32,000 nucleotides of DNA from Paracoccaceae bacterium (GCA_965221815.1 OZ244915.1:694119-726118), one strand, 5' to 3'. Positions 1-9,000 are shown, counted from the stretch's first letter. Notes: a model not told the origin generated them from the letters alone. Translations and numbers: made by a program.

Positions 1-201
1 ATGGGCAGCGGTGCCGTTGAGGCGGCACACACAATGATCGTCAACACCCGGCTCAAGCGCAGTGGCCAGCGCTGGGAACGAGTGGGCGGCCAGAGCGTGC
101 TCACCTTCCGGGCCCGGCTCACATCAGGACGCTTTGACAGCGTCTAGGCCCGACTGACCCACAGACGGTGACACGCCCATGCCCACCTCTCGGCCAACGA
201 C
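1..201 (+). pseudogene. 3' remnant of an ISKra4-like IS ('IS-A'): transposase C-terminus, cut by the window edge and at ~201
   Basis: Frame 1 reads MGSGAVEAAHTMIVNTRLKRSGQRWERVGGQSVLTFRARLTSGRFDSV*. This is the GSGxVE...RxKRSGxRW...RFD tail typical of ISKra4-family transposases. It is nucleotide-homologous to 18270-18470, 12527-12680 and, in reverse complement, 21247-21450. Confidence 0.75.
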
Positions 202-242
202 TTTGCGTAAGATTCAGTGGCACCTTTCATGAGATTCAGCCG

Positions 243-432
243 ACACGCGGTTGTCTGAGTCGAAAGACTGCACAGGTCATGGTGTATCAGTTGATGATCT
301 CCGCCAAATCGAAGTGGCGACGCTTGTCCGGGTCAGAGCACCTCGCCAACGTCATCAAAGGGATTGAATTCCAGGACAGAATCAGACAATTCTAGGAGTG
401 TTGTCAGAATGCCGTCCCCCACTTTCGGGCAT
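243..432 (+). pseudogene. IS256-family (Mutator-type) transposase C-terminal remnant plus probable IS end
   Basis: ORF 168..395 ends TRGCLSRKTAQVMVYQLMISAKSKWRRLSGSEHLANVIKGIEFQDRIRQF. It parallels the second copy at 10370-10719 (TRGCLSRKTTRVMVDKLMMPAKSKWHRLSGPEHLAAVIKGVEFQDGIRQ). This is the standard IS256 C-terminal pattern. Confidence 0.7.
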
Positions 433-435
433 AAT

Positions 436-581
436 CCACTCTCAAGATGAGCTAGGGGTACGCAAGGGGTCAAGAAAAGATAATGACACGACAATCGGAA
501 ATCACCGAAAAGTTTTCAACCGATGTTGGCCAAAAATCCAAAAATCACCGTTTCAAACGAAAGATGTTAAAGATGGGTTAA
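436..581. repeat. Mid-GC repeat, copy A (146 bp), immediately 3' of the P450-fusion gene; copy B is at 6466-6580
   Basis: The shared blocks are ccactctcaagatgag..aggggt.cgcaagggg...acgacaatcggaaatcaccgaaaa...gaacgaaa.atgttaaagatgggttaa. Copy A carries an extra ~30 bp internal segment. The P450 stop codon (578-580) lies inside the last bases of the repeat. Confidence 0.85.
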
Positions 582-2611
582 GCGGGCAATTGGTTGATCT
601 GTTTGTGGATGTAGATCTTTTGCTTTTCGGTCACCGAGAGAGTCGGGAAAGGTGAAATCTTCACGGCTTGATCCCTTGATTGAGGGACAAACTCATAATG
701 ATGAGCAACAGTCATGATATTCAAAATCAATTTTAACTGCGCCCAAGTGAAACCATTACAGGTATGGGTACCCAAACCGTAAGGACAATATTCGATTTTC
801 CGATGCTCACGCCGTGGCGGAAGATAACGGTCGATATCAAACTTGAGCGGCTCAGGAAAACATGACTCCATGTAATGGCACGCAGTTTGCACGATATGCA
901 CGCGATTTCCAAGAGGTAACGCATAGTCCTCAATCGTGCAGGAATTAGAAATGTTTCGAACTTGCATTGAGACAACAGGATACAGGCGCAAACATTCCAT
1001 CAAGAAACGACGTGTAATATCGAAACGTTCTGCGGAAAAACTCTCTTTCTCGATTTTTCCATTTTTTATCACATTATGGGATTCCTCACGAATTTTTGAA
1101 GCGATATCTGGTTGACGGGCCAATTCGATGAGTGCAAATCCAAAAACATCCCCGACATACATACTTTGCAAAAGAGGTGCGGCTGCGAGCATGAAAGGCA
1201 GATTTTGTTCAGGGAGAAATTGTGGATCACTTTCATGCAAACTGAAGAGGTCATTGGCCAGTTCGCTTATCGCATGCGTACGCATCATCATTGGCGTATG
1301 ATTCTGCTCAATCTGTTGTACAAATGTTTGTAATAGCCTAAACCGCCGCTTCATTTCCGGTGTGCGGGCAAAAAATTTTGGAATGATATTGCCGACTAGG
1401 CTGATTGAGGCTCTCTCCTTGAATGCTATAATGTCTTTAAAAATATCCTGGCAATCAGCGTTGACTAGTATCTGAGTCATCTGCATATTGATCATCAGCC
1501 GTGAAAATTCACGCACACCGAATGCTTGTCCTGGACTCAATTGGTGAGTCTTGAGGAATTTCAATGCCAAACCATATATCTCATCAATGCGCTCATAAAA
1601 TCTTGTTTTGGTATAAACCTGACTAAATATCTTACGTAGCCGGAAATGATCGGCACCATCAAGAGAAGTGATGAGACCGCTAGCCCCGTAAGCCTCTTCC
1701 AACTGACGAAAATAGTTTCCAGATGTCATGTACAAGCGGGCATTCCGTTGACACCATGCATTGACTTTGGGGCCAGAAATAAAGATAAACGGTTCCTTGA
1801 ACGGTGGTTTAAACTGGTAAACTGGACCATACTTCTCCGTAAGATCAGCAAACATTGCAGGCATATTCCCATGATGCGCGTACGCGCTCATGATACTGCC
1901 GATTGACGGGATAGTCGGAATTCTCTTGGAGAGAGGCGTCTTACGAAAACTTGGAGAAATGACCGTTTCTTGAACACTTGAAAAGATTGCACGACTAATC
2001 AATTCGACATCGCAAAGCCACTTGATCCGCTCTTCTTCCCTTTCCGAAATATCAAATATGAAGCGTAGAACATCGCAAGTTTGGAGTAGACTTACGATCA
2101 GCGAATCTCTTGGATCGGGAATTGTATCGGTGTAGATAACTTCTGCAATCCGTGACTTCACGTACTTCCAGGCAGTTTCATTCTCGGAAATACTGTGCAT
2201 TTCCGTGTACCAGAGTGAGTTGTTGATCGCGTAGAACCCCCCCGAATAGTAAGAGAAAATTCCTATTTTCACTAATCGTTTGAGTGTTAAATCAACAATC
2301 AATTCCGAATGTTGTGCAAGATCTTCGATCCAATAGCCCGTCGTCCGCTTTTCTCGACTGGAAGCAATCGAATTCAAGCAGAAGTCCAGTATCGAATCAC
2401 CTGTTTCATTTTGATTGATGACAAACATTGAATTTTCATCGGTATCAATTCGCCCATGAAGAGACAGATCTGCAAGCACCGCCCCAACAACTGCGCAATT
2501 CAGAGTCCAGCCACTCACTTGGTAGAAGTAGCCACTATGCTCATTGAGAATCATCACCAGGAAATCTTCCAAGAGATTCAACGAGCGTTTTTCTGTATCG
2601 ATGTCCAACAT
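578..2611 (-). CDS. Fusion protein: N-terminal GPP34/GOLPH3/Vps74-like domain + C-terminal cytochrome P450
   Basis: A 677-aa ORF on a lower-GC islet. Residues ~1-215 fit the GPP34 pattern (LLEDFLVMILNEHSG, AVVGAVLADLSLHGRID, DPRDSLIVSLLQTCDVLRFIF). Residues ~235-677 are a P450, with K-helix ExxR (ECLR), a PERF-like FDIDRY and the Cys-ligand loop PYGLGTHTCNG. Confidence 0.88.
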   Translation of the reverse strand: MLDIDTEKRSLNLLEDFLVMILNEHSGYFYQVSGWTLNCAVVGAVLADLSLHGRIDTDENSMFVINQNETGDSILDFCLNSIASSREKRTTGYWIEDLAQHSELIVDLTLKRLVKIGIFSYYSGGFYAINNSLWYTEMHSISENETAWKYVKSRIAEVIYTDTIPDPRDSLIVSLLQTCDVLRFIFDISEREEERIKWLCDVELISRAIFSSVQETVISPSFRKTPLSKRIPTIPSIGSIMSAYAHHGNMPAMFADLTEKYGPVYQFKPPFKEPFIFISGPKVNAWCQRNARLYMTSGNYFRQLEEAYGASGLITSLDGADHFRLRKIFSQVYTKTRFYERIDEIYGLALKFLKTHQLSPGQAFGVREFSRLMINMQMTQILVNADCQDIFKDIIAFKERASISLVGNIIPKFFARTPEMKRRFRLLQTFVQQIEQNHTPMMMRTHAISELANDLFSLHESDPQFLPEQNLPFMLAAAPLLQSMYVGDVFGFALIELARQPDIASKIREESHNVIKNGKIEKESFSAERFDITRRFLMECLRLYPVVSMQVRNISNSCTIEDYALPLGNRVHIVQTACHYMESCFPEPLKFDIDRYLPPRREHRKIEYCPYGLGTHTCNGFTWAQLKLILNIMTVAHHYEFVPQSRDQAVKISPFPTLSVTEKQKIYIHKQINQLPA

Positions 2612-2690
2612 AACAATGATTCATCTAGACTGAACAATTTATATTTATAAAACGAATAGTTAATAGAATACAATATACAATAGCCTCCCG
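2612..2690 (-). promoter_or_regulatory. AT-rich native upstream region of the P450-fusion gene (candidate promoter), cut off by GC-rich foreign DNA at ~2690
   Basis: Only ~80 bp of AT-rich sequence (ttgtatattgtattctattaactattcgttttataaatataaattg, reverse complement) separates the ATG from an abrupt switch to GC-rich DNA. No promoter boxes can be assigned with confidence. Confidence 0.25.
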
Positions 2691-2846
2691 CAGCAATTTC
2701 TGCTCATTCCGGGTTCAGCCCGTTTGGTGCAGCCATTTGGCGGATCGTTTGGGTCCGGCACAGCGCATCCGGGCGGCGGAATCGTCGCGGGTTGATGGGC
2801 TGGCCATGTGGGGATGAACTTTGAAGATGACGTTGGGGTGAGGGGC

Positions 2847-3005
2847 TCACAGGCGGGGTTTAGGGTTCGGGGAGGATGTCTTTGAGGGCGGGCGTCCCAA
2901 GGTGCGGCCCTGTTTGCGGGCCGATTTCAGTCCATCCCGTGTCCGTTCTGAGATCAGTCGGCGTTCAAATTGCGCGATGACGGCGAAGACATGAAGCACC
3001 AGCTC
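2847..3005 (-). pseudogene. Serine recombinase (resolvase/invertase) fragment
   Basis: The reverse-strand translation ELVLHVFAVIAQFERRLISERTRDGLKSARKQGRTLGRPP matches the conserved A.FER.LI.ERT..GL..A...G...GRP segment of resolvases. There is no N-terminal catalytic domain and no HTH. Confidence 0.6.
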
Positions 3006-3009
3006 CCCC

Positions 3010-3709
3010 GTGGCTGAGCTGGTCTTGTGGCTCTCTTTTTGGGGCCGGCCGGCTGGGTTTGGGTGGTTTCCATTTGCCGATCGGTTTTTGGGAGACCCGA
3101 TGATAGGCGCGGTGGGTGCGGTCCGGTTGCATGCAGGCGGCGATGCGGGCCATGGCGTTGCTCACAAAGGTGGCGCAGCTGTGGGTGAAGGTGAGGAGCC
3201 TGTCCTCGAATCCTGCAAAGACGGCGGTGAGGGCGTTTTTCTGGTTGGCCCGGAGACCGCCGCGTGTCTGCCGTGTGTCCGATCCGTTGATCAGTCTCTC
3301 GCAGTCATTGGACATCAGCCGTGCCCGGGCGATCAGCGTCAGTCCGGCGGTGAGTTCCTGTTGGACCCCGCGCAGGCTCTGGGCGTGGAAGGCTTCCATC
3401 GTGAGGGTCTGTTTGACGGTCTTGTCGAGCTCTTCGATCGACCAGCGTTGGTGATACAGGTCGGCGAGGCTCTGCGGGGAATAGGTCTGTGCATTCAGGA
3501 GCGTGGTGACCAGGATCCAGGGGGATGCGGGGGCTTTGATCACACGAATCCGGCGCGGTTCTGTGTCGCTTGTTGTGGCTGTCAAGGTGAGACCTGTGTC
3601 CTGCAGATCACTGCGGATGATCTGATCAATGTGGGTATCGGCCTGGCGGCGGATGCGGAAGACGGCATGAAGCCCGTTGTCGATATGGTGCGCGAGCAGG
3701 GCCCGGGAC
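3010..3709 (-). pseudogene. IS4-family DDE transposase, C-terminal two-thirds (element 'IS4-X'); its N-terminal part continues at 5290-5470 across a nested IS
   Basis: The translation reads ...LLAHHIDNGLHAVFRIRRQADTHIDQ...RIRVIKAPASPWILVTTLLN...LADLYHQRWSIEELDKTVKQ (the Y..RW.IE..fK.lK motif of IS4 transposases). It is interrupted at 3709/3710 by the Tn5-like element. Confidence 0.75.
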
Positions 3710-5289
3710 CTGTCACTAGGCCACAGTTGACACTGTCATCGACTGTTGTCGCTTGAATGACCTGTAGGCAGCGGCTGTCATCAGCATGTATTTCATTCCT
3801 TTCCTGATCTTCTCGGTCCCGGGCAGCGGTTGGCGCCTTGACGGGATGAATCCGACAGTGCGTCCGACATCAATGGCGGCCTGGCGAATGGTGAGGTCAT
3901 CGCAAGGCGGGGCCCGGGTATCGGTGAATTTGTATTGGTGTTACATGTCGATAGACAGGGCAGTGAGCTCGTCTTCGTCGAAGACGTCGCGGGCGGGACG
4001 GTCCGGCTCGGCCCTGGCGGCCCGTTGGATATCAAAGACCCGCCAGGCCATGATGGCATCGAAAGCCAGGCAACGGCGCAGATCGTCGGCCTCATCAAGG
4101 CGGCGGTTCTCGATACGGGTCTGCGGCTTCAGGGTCTTGAAGTCTTCCTCAATCGCCCAGCGGGTGGCTTGCTGGTCTCGGTGGCGAGGACGGCGTTCCG
4201 GCTGGGGGTTCAGGGAATGGAGCCTGAATCCCCGTTCCAGCCGGGTGTCCACACCGGGCCGTTCGGCACCTCACTGGCGATCCCGATGGTCTCGGGTTGG
4301 GCACCGGTTGTCGTCACAATCCCATCCGCCCTGTCGGCCCGACTCGCGCCGCTGTGCACGAAGGCCCGCTCACCGCGGACAGTCCCGTCGCCATCAAGGA
4401 TGCAGACCTGGTGGGTCTGTGACCCCTTTCGACCGGATCAAGGCCGGTGAGGCCGCCCAGGTCCGCGTAGCGCTAGCCACACGGGCCATCCGCATCTCCA
4501 CCGTGGCGTCACGCGCCGGGCGGGGCCCGGGTCTCGCCTTGCGACCACGTGAGGCCGTGATGCCGCCGCCCGGCATGGCAACGCACCAGAATCCCGGCGG
4601 CCTCCGGGGCCTTGGCCTGGGCCCTGAACATCGCCCAGAGATCGCCTTCCCGGTCGCAGACCGCGATGATCCGGGTGCCGGGGCGGATCCCGCATCGGTC
4701 TGCGGGTCACCGGTCCGGCGCGGCCTGTCTGTCTCTCCGGTCATCCAGCACGGATCACCGGCGGGACGTTGGCACAGACGCCGGCGCCACGCCGCCTCGA
4801 GGGGACGCATCCAGACCATCGGCCCGACCTCCGCACCGGCATACACCCCTGACACCCGTCCTGCCATCTCCCAGCCCGCCGCCACGTAACAGCTGCCCCG
4901 CTGCGCGGCATTCACATAGCTGTACGCCAGAACCGGGCGCACGCCATGGGCGGCGGCCCAGTCGTCCGCCAGACGCACCGTCACTTGCCCCAGCACATGG
5001 CTGGCCAGATTGGGCACCCGCAGGCCCGGCAGGAGCAAAAACCGTGAGTTGTTGACCACCCGGCGCAGATTGGCAACCCGGGCCCGATCACACCCGCCCA
5101 CATAACCATCCCGGGCCGCCTGATGCCAGCTGGCCAGATGGAAGGTCAGGCCCCCGATACGGCCCAGACCGGCCTCAGCCGCATCCGCCAGCCACGCCAT
5201 CGTATCAGCACTGAATTGTCGCATGCCTATCTGCATGCGAATCAAATGACCTCAACAAAGATACGGTGTCAAGTGTGGACCAGTGACAG
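3710..5289 (-). mobile_element. Tn5/IS50-like IS4-family element, copy 1 (decayed), with terminal inverted repeats and a 9-bp target duplication
   Basis: IR at 3710-3740 is ctgtcactaggccacagttgacactgtcatc. The reverse complement of 5261-5289 is ctgtcactggtccacacttgacaccgtat. The flanking 9-mers are gcccgggac (3701-3709) and gcccgggag (5290-5298). Internal remnants include VCDREGDLWAMF (second D), RWAIEEDFKTLK (E motif) and the C-terminal GRTVGFIPSRRQPLPG. Several frameshifts and an in-frame stop are present. Confidence 0.85.
4846..5236 (-). pseudogene. DUF4338 (DruA-like) N-terminal module of Tn5-like element copy 1
   Basis: MQIGMRQFSADTMAWLAD...RVVNNSRFLLLPGLRVPNLASHVLGQVTVRLADDWAAAHGVRPVLAYSYV...CYVAAGW carries the NNSRFLiLP / VpNLAS / DW...P.L signature of DUF4338. 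The ATG lies 53 nt inside the IS end, the same spacing as in copy 2 (12302 vs 12355). Confidence 0.75.
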
Positions 5290-5470
5290 GCCCGGGAGAC
5301 GTATCCCCGGTCATAAACGATCACATCATCGGGTCTGAGCAGACGGGTATGATGGCGGGCCAGGGCGCGTTCGTCGCCGCCCGGGACGAGTGCCACATCA
5401 TCGGGCAGCTTGTCCTGCAAGCGATACAGGCAGCTGACCAGGCCCTGGGGGTCGGCGGCGGCCGGGGCTG
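5290..5470 (-). pseudogene. IS4-X transposase N-terminal part (first catalytic D region)
   Basis: ...LLRPDDVIVYDRGYVSRA (the DRGY motif). Removing 3710-5289 and one 9-bp duplication joins it in frame to ...LLAHHIDNGLHAVFRIRRQ at 3700 and downward. Confidence 0.75.
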
Positions 5471-6475
5471 GGTGGTGCCGATGTGCTGCCATCCGGCCGC
5501 CTTGTCGGCGCGGCCCTGAAACCGCGCGGTCTCGACAAAGGTCTCGATCAGAACCGGACGGTCATGGTACTTGTCCTGCCAGTCATCGGCCAACTGCCGG
5601 GCCGCCAGGCCCAGGGCGGTCGCGGCGAGATTCGGCACGCGCACCCCGTCGAAAATCACGAAGCGCGAATTGACCACAACGAGATGACGGGTCTTGTTCT
5701 TCTGCGCGTGGCTCCAGCCGATCAGGCTGTCCCGACAGCGCAGATTGCGCGTCATCGCCGCGAACAGCAGACACCCCAGGATCCGCTGCTGCTGATCGCA
5801 GATCAAAGACCTTCATCTGACAGCCGAACGGATGCTTGTCGCCGAGATAGTGATGACAGTCGACCGACGCATTCCAGATCTTCGCCGCCGCGGGACGCGC
5901 CACCCGCTGGAGCATGATCGGCTGAAGATCCGCCAGCGAAGCGGTCACAGGGGGTCTTCCGGATCGCCAGACGCAGATCCACCGCGTCCAGGCCGGACGC
6001 CCGTGTCTTCACACGATTCACCGGCAGGGTCAGGATGCCCATCTCCTCCAGGCGCTCGAGGGCCCCGAGGCACGCCTGGAACTTCGGGCGACCATCGGGA
6101 TTGCGCCATTTGAGCGTCGCGGAGATCACGGCGGGTGGACCCGCTGTCGTGGCCCCCGGCCTCTGTCATCTGTGTCTGGAGGACAGGAACGCCCGGATCG
6201 GCCAGGACGGAGATCAGCCGATGGCCGTCCGCCTGGCACCCCTGTGGGGGAAGATGGGTCGCCATCCCCGTTCTGATGCCCGCGCCCGGACGATCGATTC
6301 CACTTCGGTCAGGCCGGCATATGCCCGCCACCAGCAAAACCTCCTCAATCCGCCGACAGACGGACGCCCATGTCTTCCTCCCGGCGACTCGGCACCAGCC
6401 AGTGTGTGATCCGCCGGGATCCATCGGGCGCGGTGCCGGTCTGTGTGGCACGCATGAACAGGACCCCACTCTCAA
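5470..6475 (-). pseudogene. Full-length-type DUF4338 (DruA-like) gene of IS4-X, split over three frames
   Basis: Three pieces are visible. LKWRNPDGRPKFQACLGALERLEEMGILTLP comes from ORF 5803..6129. IWNASVDCHHYLG comes from ORF 5583..5948. RILGCLLFAA...RDSLIGWSHAQKNKTRHLVVVNSRFVIFDGVRVPNLAATALGLAARQLADDWQDKYHDRPVLIETFVETARFQG comes from ORF 5321..5806. Confidence 0.75.
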
Positions 6476-6580
6476 GATGAGTCAGGGGTCCGCAAGGGGG
6501 AAGGGAAATACAATGATACGACAATCGGAAATCACCGAAAATTGACTGTTTTGAACGAAAAAATGTTAAAGATGGGTTAA
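6466..6580. repeat. Mid-GC repeat, copy B (115 bp), 26 bp 3' of the RND gene stop
   Basis: See copy A (436-581). Orientation is the same and the position relative to a minus-strand lipid gene is the same. It is bounded on the far side by a different IS fragment. Confidence 0.85.
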
Positions 6581-6605
6581 TGTCTACTGCACGAAACGCA
6601 TCAGA

Positions 6606-8933
6606 TCATATGACCTTTTTCGCCGGATCCACCGGTAAATTCTTGATGCGGTCCAAGGCAACAAGGAGAGGCGGAAACAAGAGAAAATCAGCGGCCAGTG
6701 CAATTACTACCGTAATTCCAACCAGAGTACCAAGTGTTTGATTGGTCGCTAGGTCGGAGAGCCCAAAGACCAAAAAACCAATAGCGAAAATCAAGGTTGT
6801 GGTCAAGAGTGGCCCACCGACCATACGAAAAGTCGGTGCAATTGCATCCCGTGGCTGTAGTCCCTCGGCGCGTGACCTTAGATATTTTGACATGATATGA
6901 ATCGTGTCATCTACAATAATGCCAAAAGCAATGGCGGTCACGATAGAGGCAGCCACACTGACAGTTCCAACAGCAAATCCCCAGATTGCCATCGCCATGA
7001 CCGCCGGCAAGAAGTTGGGAATCAAGCTGAGCAGCCCCAATCGGACGCTCTTAAAAATATATACGAGAATCAACGAAACCACTGACATTGCTGCAATAGT
7101 ACCAATGAGCATTCTCTCAATATTTAGAATCACGGAATAGGCACCGATAATCGTCACCCCTGTAGCCATGGTATGGATTTCGGGTGTATTCTCCTGCAGC
7201 CACTGCGACGCTCTCTGGTCAAGTTCAATTTGTTCCCGTACTGACAATTCATCAATTACTGCAGTCAACCGAGAGGATGACCGTTCAAAGTTTATACGCT
7301 GATTCAGGTCGAGTCCCACCGGCAGCGAGAATTCATAGAGTAACAGATACTGTGCTGCCAGATCAGAATTTTCAGGAAGACTGTCAGGATTGTCGATATC
7401 CGTACGCAAATTGCGGTTCAGCCGCTTCATGATATCTGCAATGGAAGTGACATGCGAAACCTCCGGCTGCGTGCGGAGCCAACTGGCAAATGAATCCACG
7501 CGCTGCAGATAGTCAATATCCGTAACGCCGCCCTCACGTCCAGAATCCAGCGAATACTCAAATACGTCAAGGCCAGAAAATCTCTCGCTGATGAAATCAG
7601 CTGATTGACGCAACTCATTTGCCTCATTCAAAAGCTTCAGATTATTGTCATTCAACTCGATTCGTGCAATTCCAATTGCGCTGAACATTGTTATAATAAC
7701 AAATGCCCCGATGAGAATACGACTCTTTGCAACAACAAAGCTCGCGAGTTTTGTGAAGAGTTCAGCCTGTTTTGTCGACCCGGCTTTGACCCGCATTGGC
7801 ATAACGCACATCATAGCTGGCAATAGCGTCACACTATAAATGAAGGCGCACATAGATCCAAAGGCGACAATATTTCCTAAGACTTGGAAGGGCGGCATGT
7901 CCGAAAAATTCAGGCTGAGAAATCCAATGGCGGTGGTGACTGATGTCAGAAAGATTGGACGTAGGTTAACTTGCAGCGCATGACGTGTTGCAGCTCTGCG
8001 GTCCTTGCCCTCTCGCATTCCGTCCATCATTCCCTGGATCAGATGTACAGAATGTGCGACCGCAATTGCCATCAAAACGAAGATTGCCCCCCCGCTCTCA
8101 CCATAGAATTTCAGGCCGACCCATCCGGCAAATCCCATTCCTGAGGTCATTACTGTTGCTAATACTGCGATAATGCCGAGGACACCCCAAGCTGAACGCA
8201 GGACGATAGTAGCGACCGCAATCATTGCCAAGAGCACGGCTGGGCCCAGAACAGAAGAATCGTGATTCAAGGCGTTGCGTATTTCCTGATCAATCAGCAG
8301 TTCACCATAGATGTGGTATTCTGTATCTGGGTTCAATTCAGATTGCGTTTTAATAATTTCTCGCAGCGTTTCGACCGTTCGGACTTTGCTTTCCTGGCGA
8401 TTCTCTTCTGGAACGACCAGGCTGACAACGAGGCCACCGAGACCGCCATCACGAGAAACGAAGCGCCCCCGTGTTTCCATGGAATTAAGGGCGATTTCCT
8501 GAACGCGCGCAATGGCAAGATCATCGAGCGAAGCGGCATCCTCGACAAGGGGATCAACCAAAAGGTCATCACCAATTCCTTCGGAATGCGAGTAATTGGT
8601 CAGCGAATCAACGCGTGTTGCGAAAGGCGTATTCCACAAAGCATCGGTTAGCTGCTCAATTATAACCAGAGCATGACGCGAGAAGATGGACTCACCTGGG
8701 GGATCAACGACCACGAGCACCGTATCAGAGACTGCGTATGTGTCTTCGAAACGCTCCAGATTGACGAGATGTGGGTCATTTTCGCTGAAGTGATTGCGTA
8801 TGCCAACATCGACGACAATGAGGTTTTGAAGCCCGGCAGCAACTGCCACAGCGAGCAAGAGTGAGGCTGTGGCCACACGCCAAGGCCGATTAACAATAAG
8901 GTCAAGAAAGTGAGCCATGACAAAAGCCATCAT
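6606..8933 (-). CDS. RND-superfamily exporter of the MMPL/HpnN/COG1033 type (sterol-sensing-domain-like TM bundles)
   Basis: A 775-aa ORF with a two-fold architecture: TM1, a large soluble loop and a 5-TM bundle, repeated twice. Hydrophobic blocks include GPAVLLAMIAVATIVL, AIAVAHSVHLIQG, FLPAVMAMAIWGF and AFGIIVDDTIH. Size and layout are typical of MMPL/HpnN-like lipid exporters. Confidence 0.85.
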   Translation of the reverse strand: MMAFVMAHFLDLIVNRPWRVATASLLLAVAVAAGLQNLIVVDVGIRNHFSENDPHLVNLERFEDTYAVSDTVLVVVDPPGESIFSRHALVIIEQLTDALWNTPFATRVDSLTNYSHSEGIGDDLLVDPLVEDAASLDDLAIARVQEIALNSMETRGRFVSRDGGLGGLVVSLVVPEENRQESKVRTVETLREIIKTQSELNPDTEYHIYGELLIDQEIRNALNHDSSVLGPAVLLAMIAVATIVLRSAWGVLGIIAVLATVMTSGMGFAGWVGLKFYGESGGAIFVLMAIAVAHSVHLIQGMMDGMREGKDRRAATRHALQVNLRPIFLTSVTTAIGFLSLNFSDMPPFQVLGNIVAFGSMCAFIYSVTLLPAMMCVMPMRVKAGSTKQAELFTKLASFVVAKSRILIGAFVIITMFSAIGIARIELNDNNLKLLNEANELRQSADFISERFSGLDVFEYSLDSGREGGVTDIDYLQRVDSFASWLRTQPEVSHVTSIADIMKRLNRNLRTDIDNPDSLPENSDLAAQYLLLYEFSLPVGLDLNQRINFERSSSRLTAVIDELSVREQIELDQRASQWLQENTPEIHTMATGVTIIGAYSVILNIERMLIGTIAAMSVVSLILVYIFKSVRLGLLSLIPNFLPAVMAMAIWGFAVGTVSVAASIVTAIAFGIIVDDTIHIMSKYLRSRAEGLQPRDAIAPTFRMVGGPLLTTTLIFAIGFLVFGLSDLATNQTLGTLVGITVVIALAADFLLFPPLLVALDRIKNLPVDPAKKVI

Positions 8934-9000
8934 GCAGTTATAAGAGATTTCTTTCGGCGATGCCTTATCATTCTTTAACTTGATCAGAAACTAATGAGAA

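Noticed and set aside
578-2611. Calling the P450 a CYP51 sterol 14-alpha-demethylase because of the sterol context.
   Set aside because: The heme loop (YGLGTHTCNG) and the I-helix region do not resemble the CYP51 signatures I know. The family cannot be assigned by eye.
2691-2846. GC-rich segment next to the resolvase scrap as a Tn3-family terminal repeat, or as the resolvase HTH domain.
   Set aside because: No frame gives an HTH-like sequence. I could not match the DNA to a Tn3-type 38-bp IR or to any other element in the window. It is left unassigned.
3786-4889. Very long ORFs in GC-rich DNA: 3786..4889 (367 aa), 10760..12064 (434 aa), 13941..15197 (418 aa), 15886..16896 (336 aa), 17213..18550 (445 aa) and 22983..24104 (373 aa).
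   Set aside because: All are antisense or out of frame relative to recognisable transposase remnants. Their Arg/Pro/Gly/Ala-rich low-complexity translations carry no motifs. They are the expected stop-poor artefacts of GC-rich sequence.
4846-6475. DUF4338/DruA-like modules as evidence for a Druantia anti-phage system.
   Set aside because: No DruB-E-like genes and no large DruE-type helicase lie nearby. Every DUF4338 module here sits inside IS termini and is fused or adjacent to a transposase, and all are pseudogenised.
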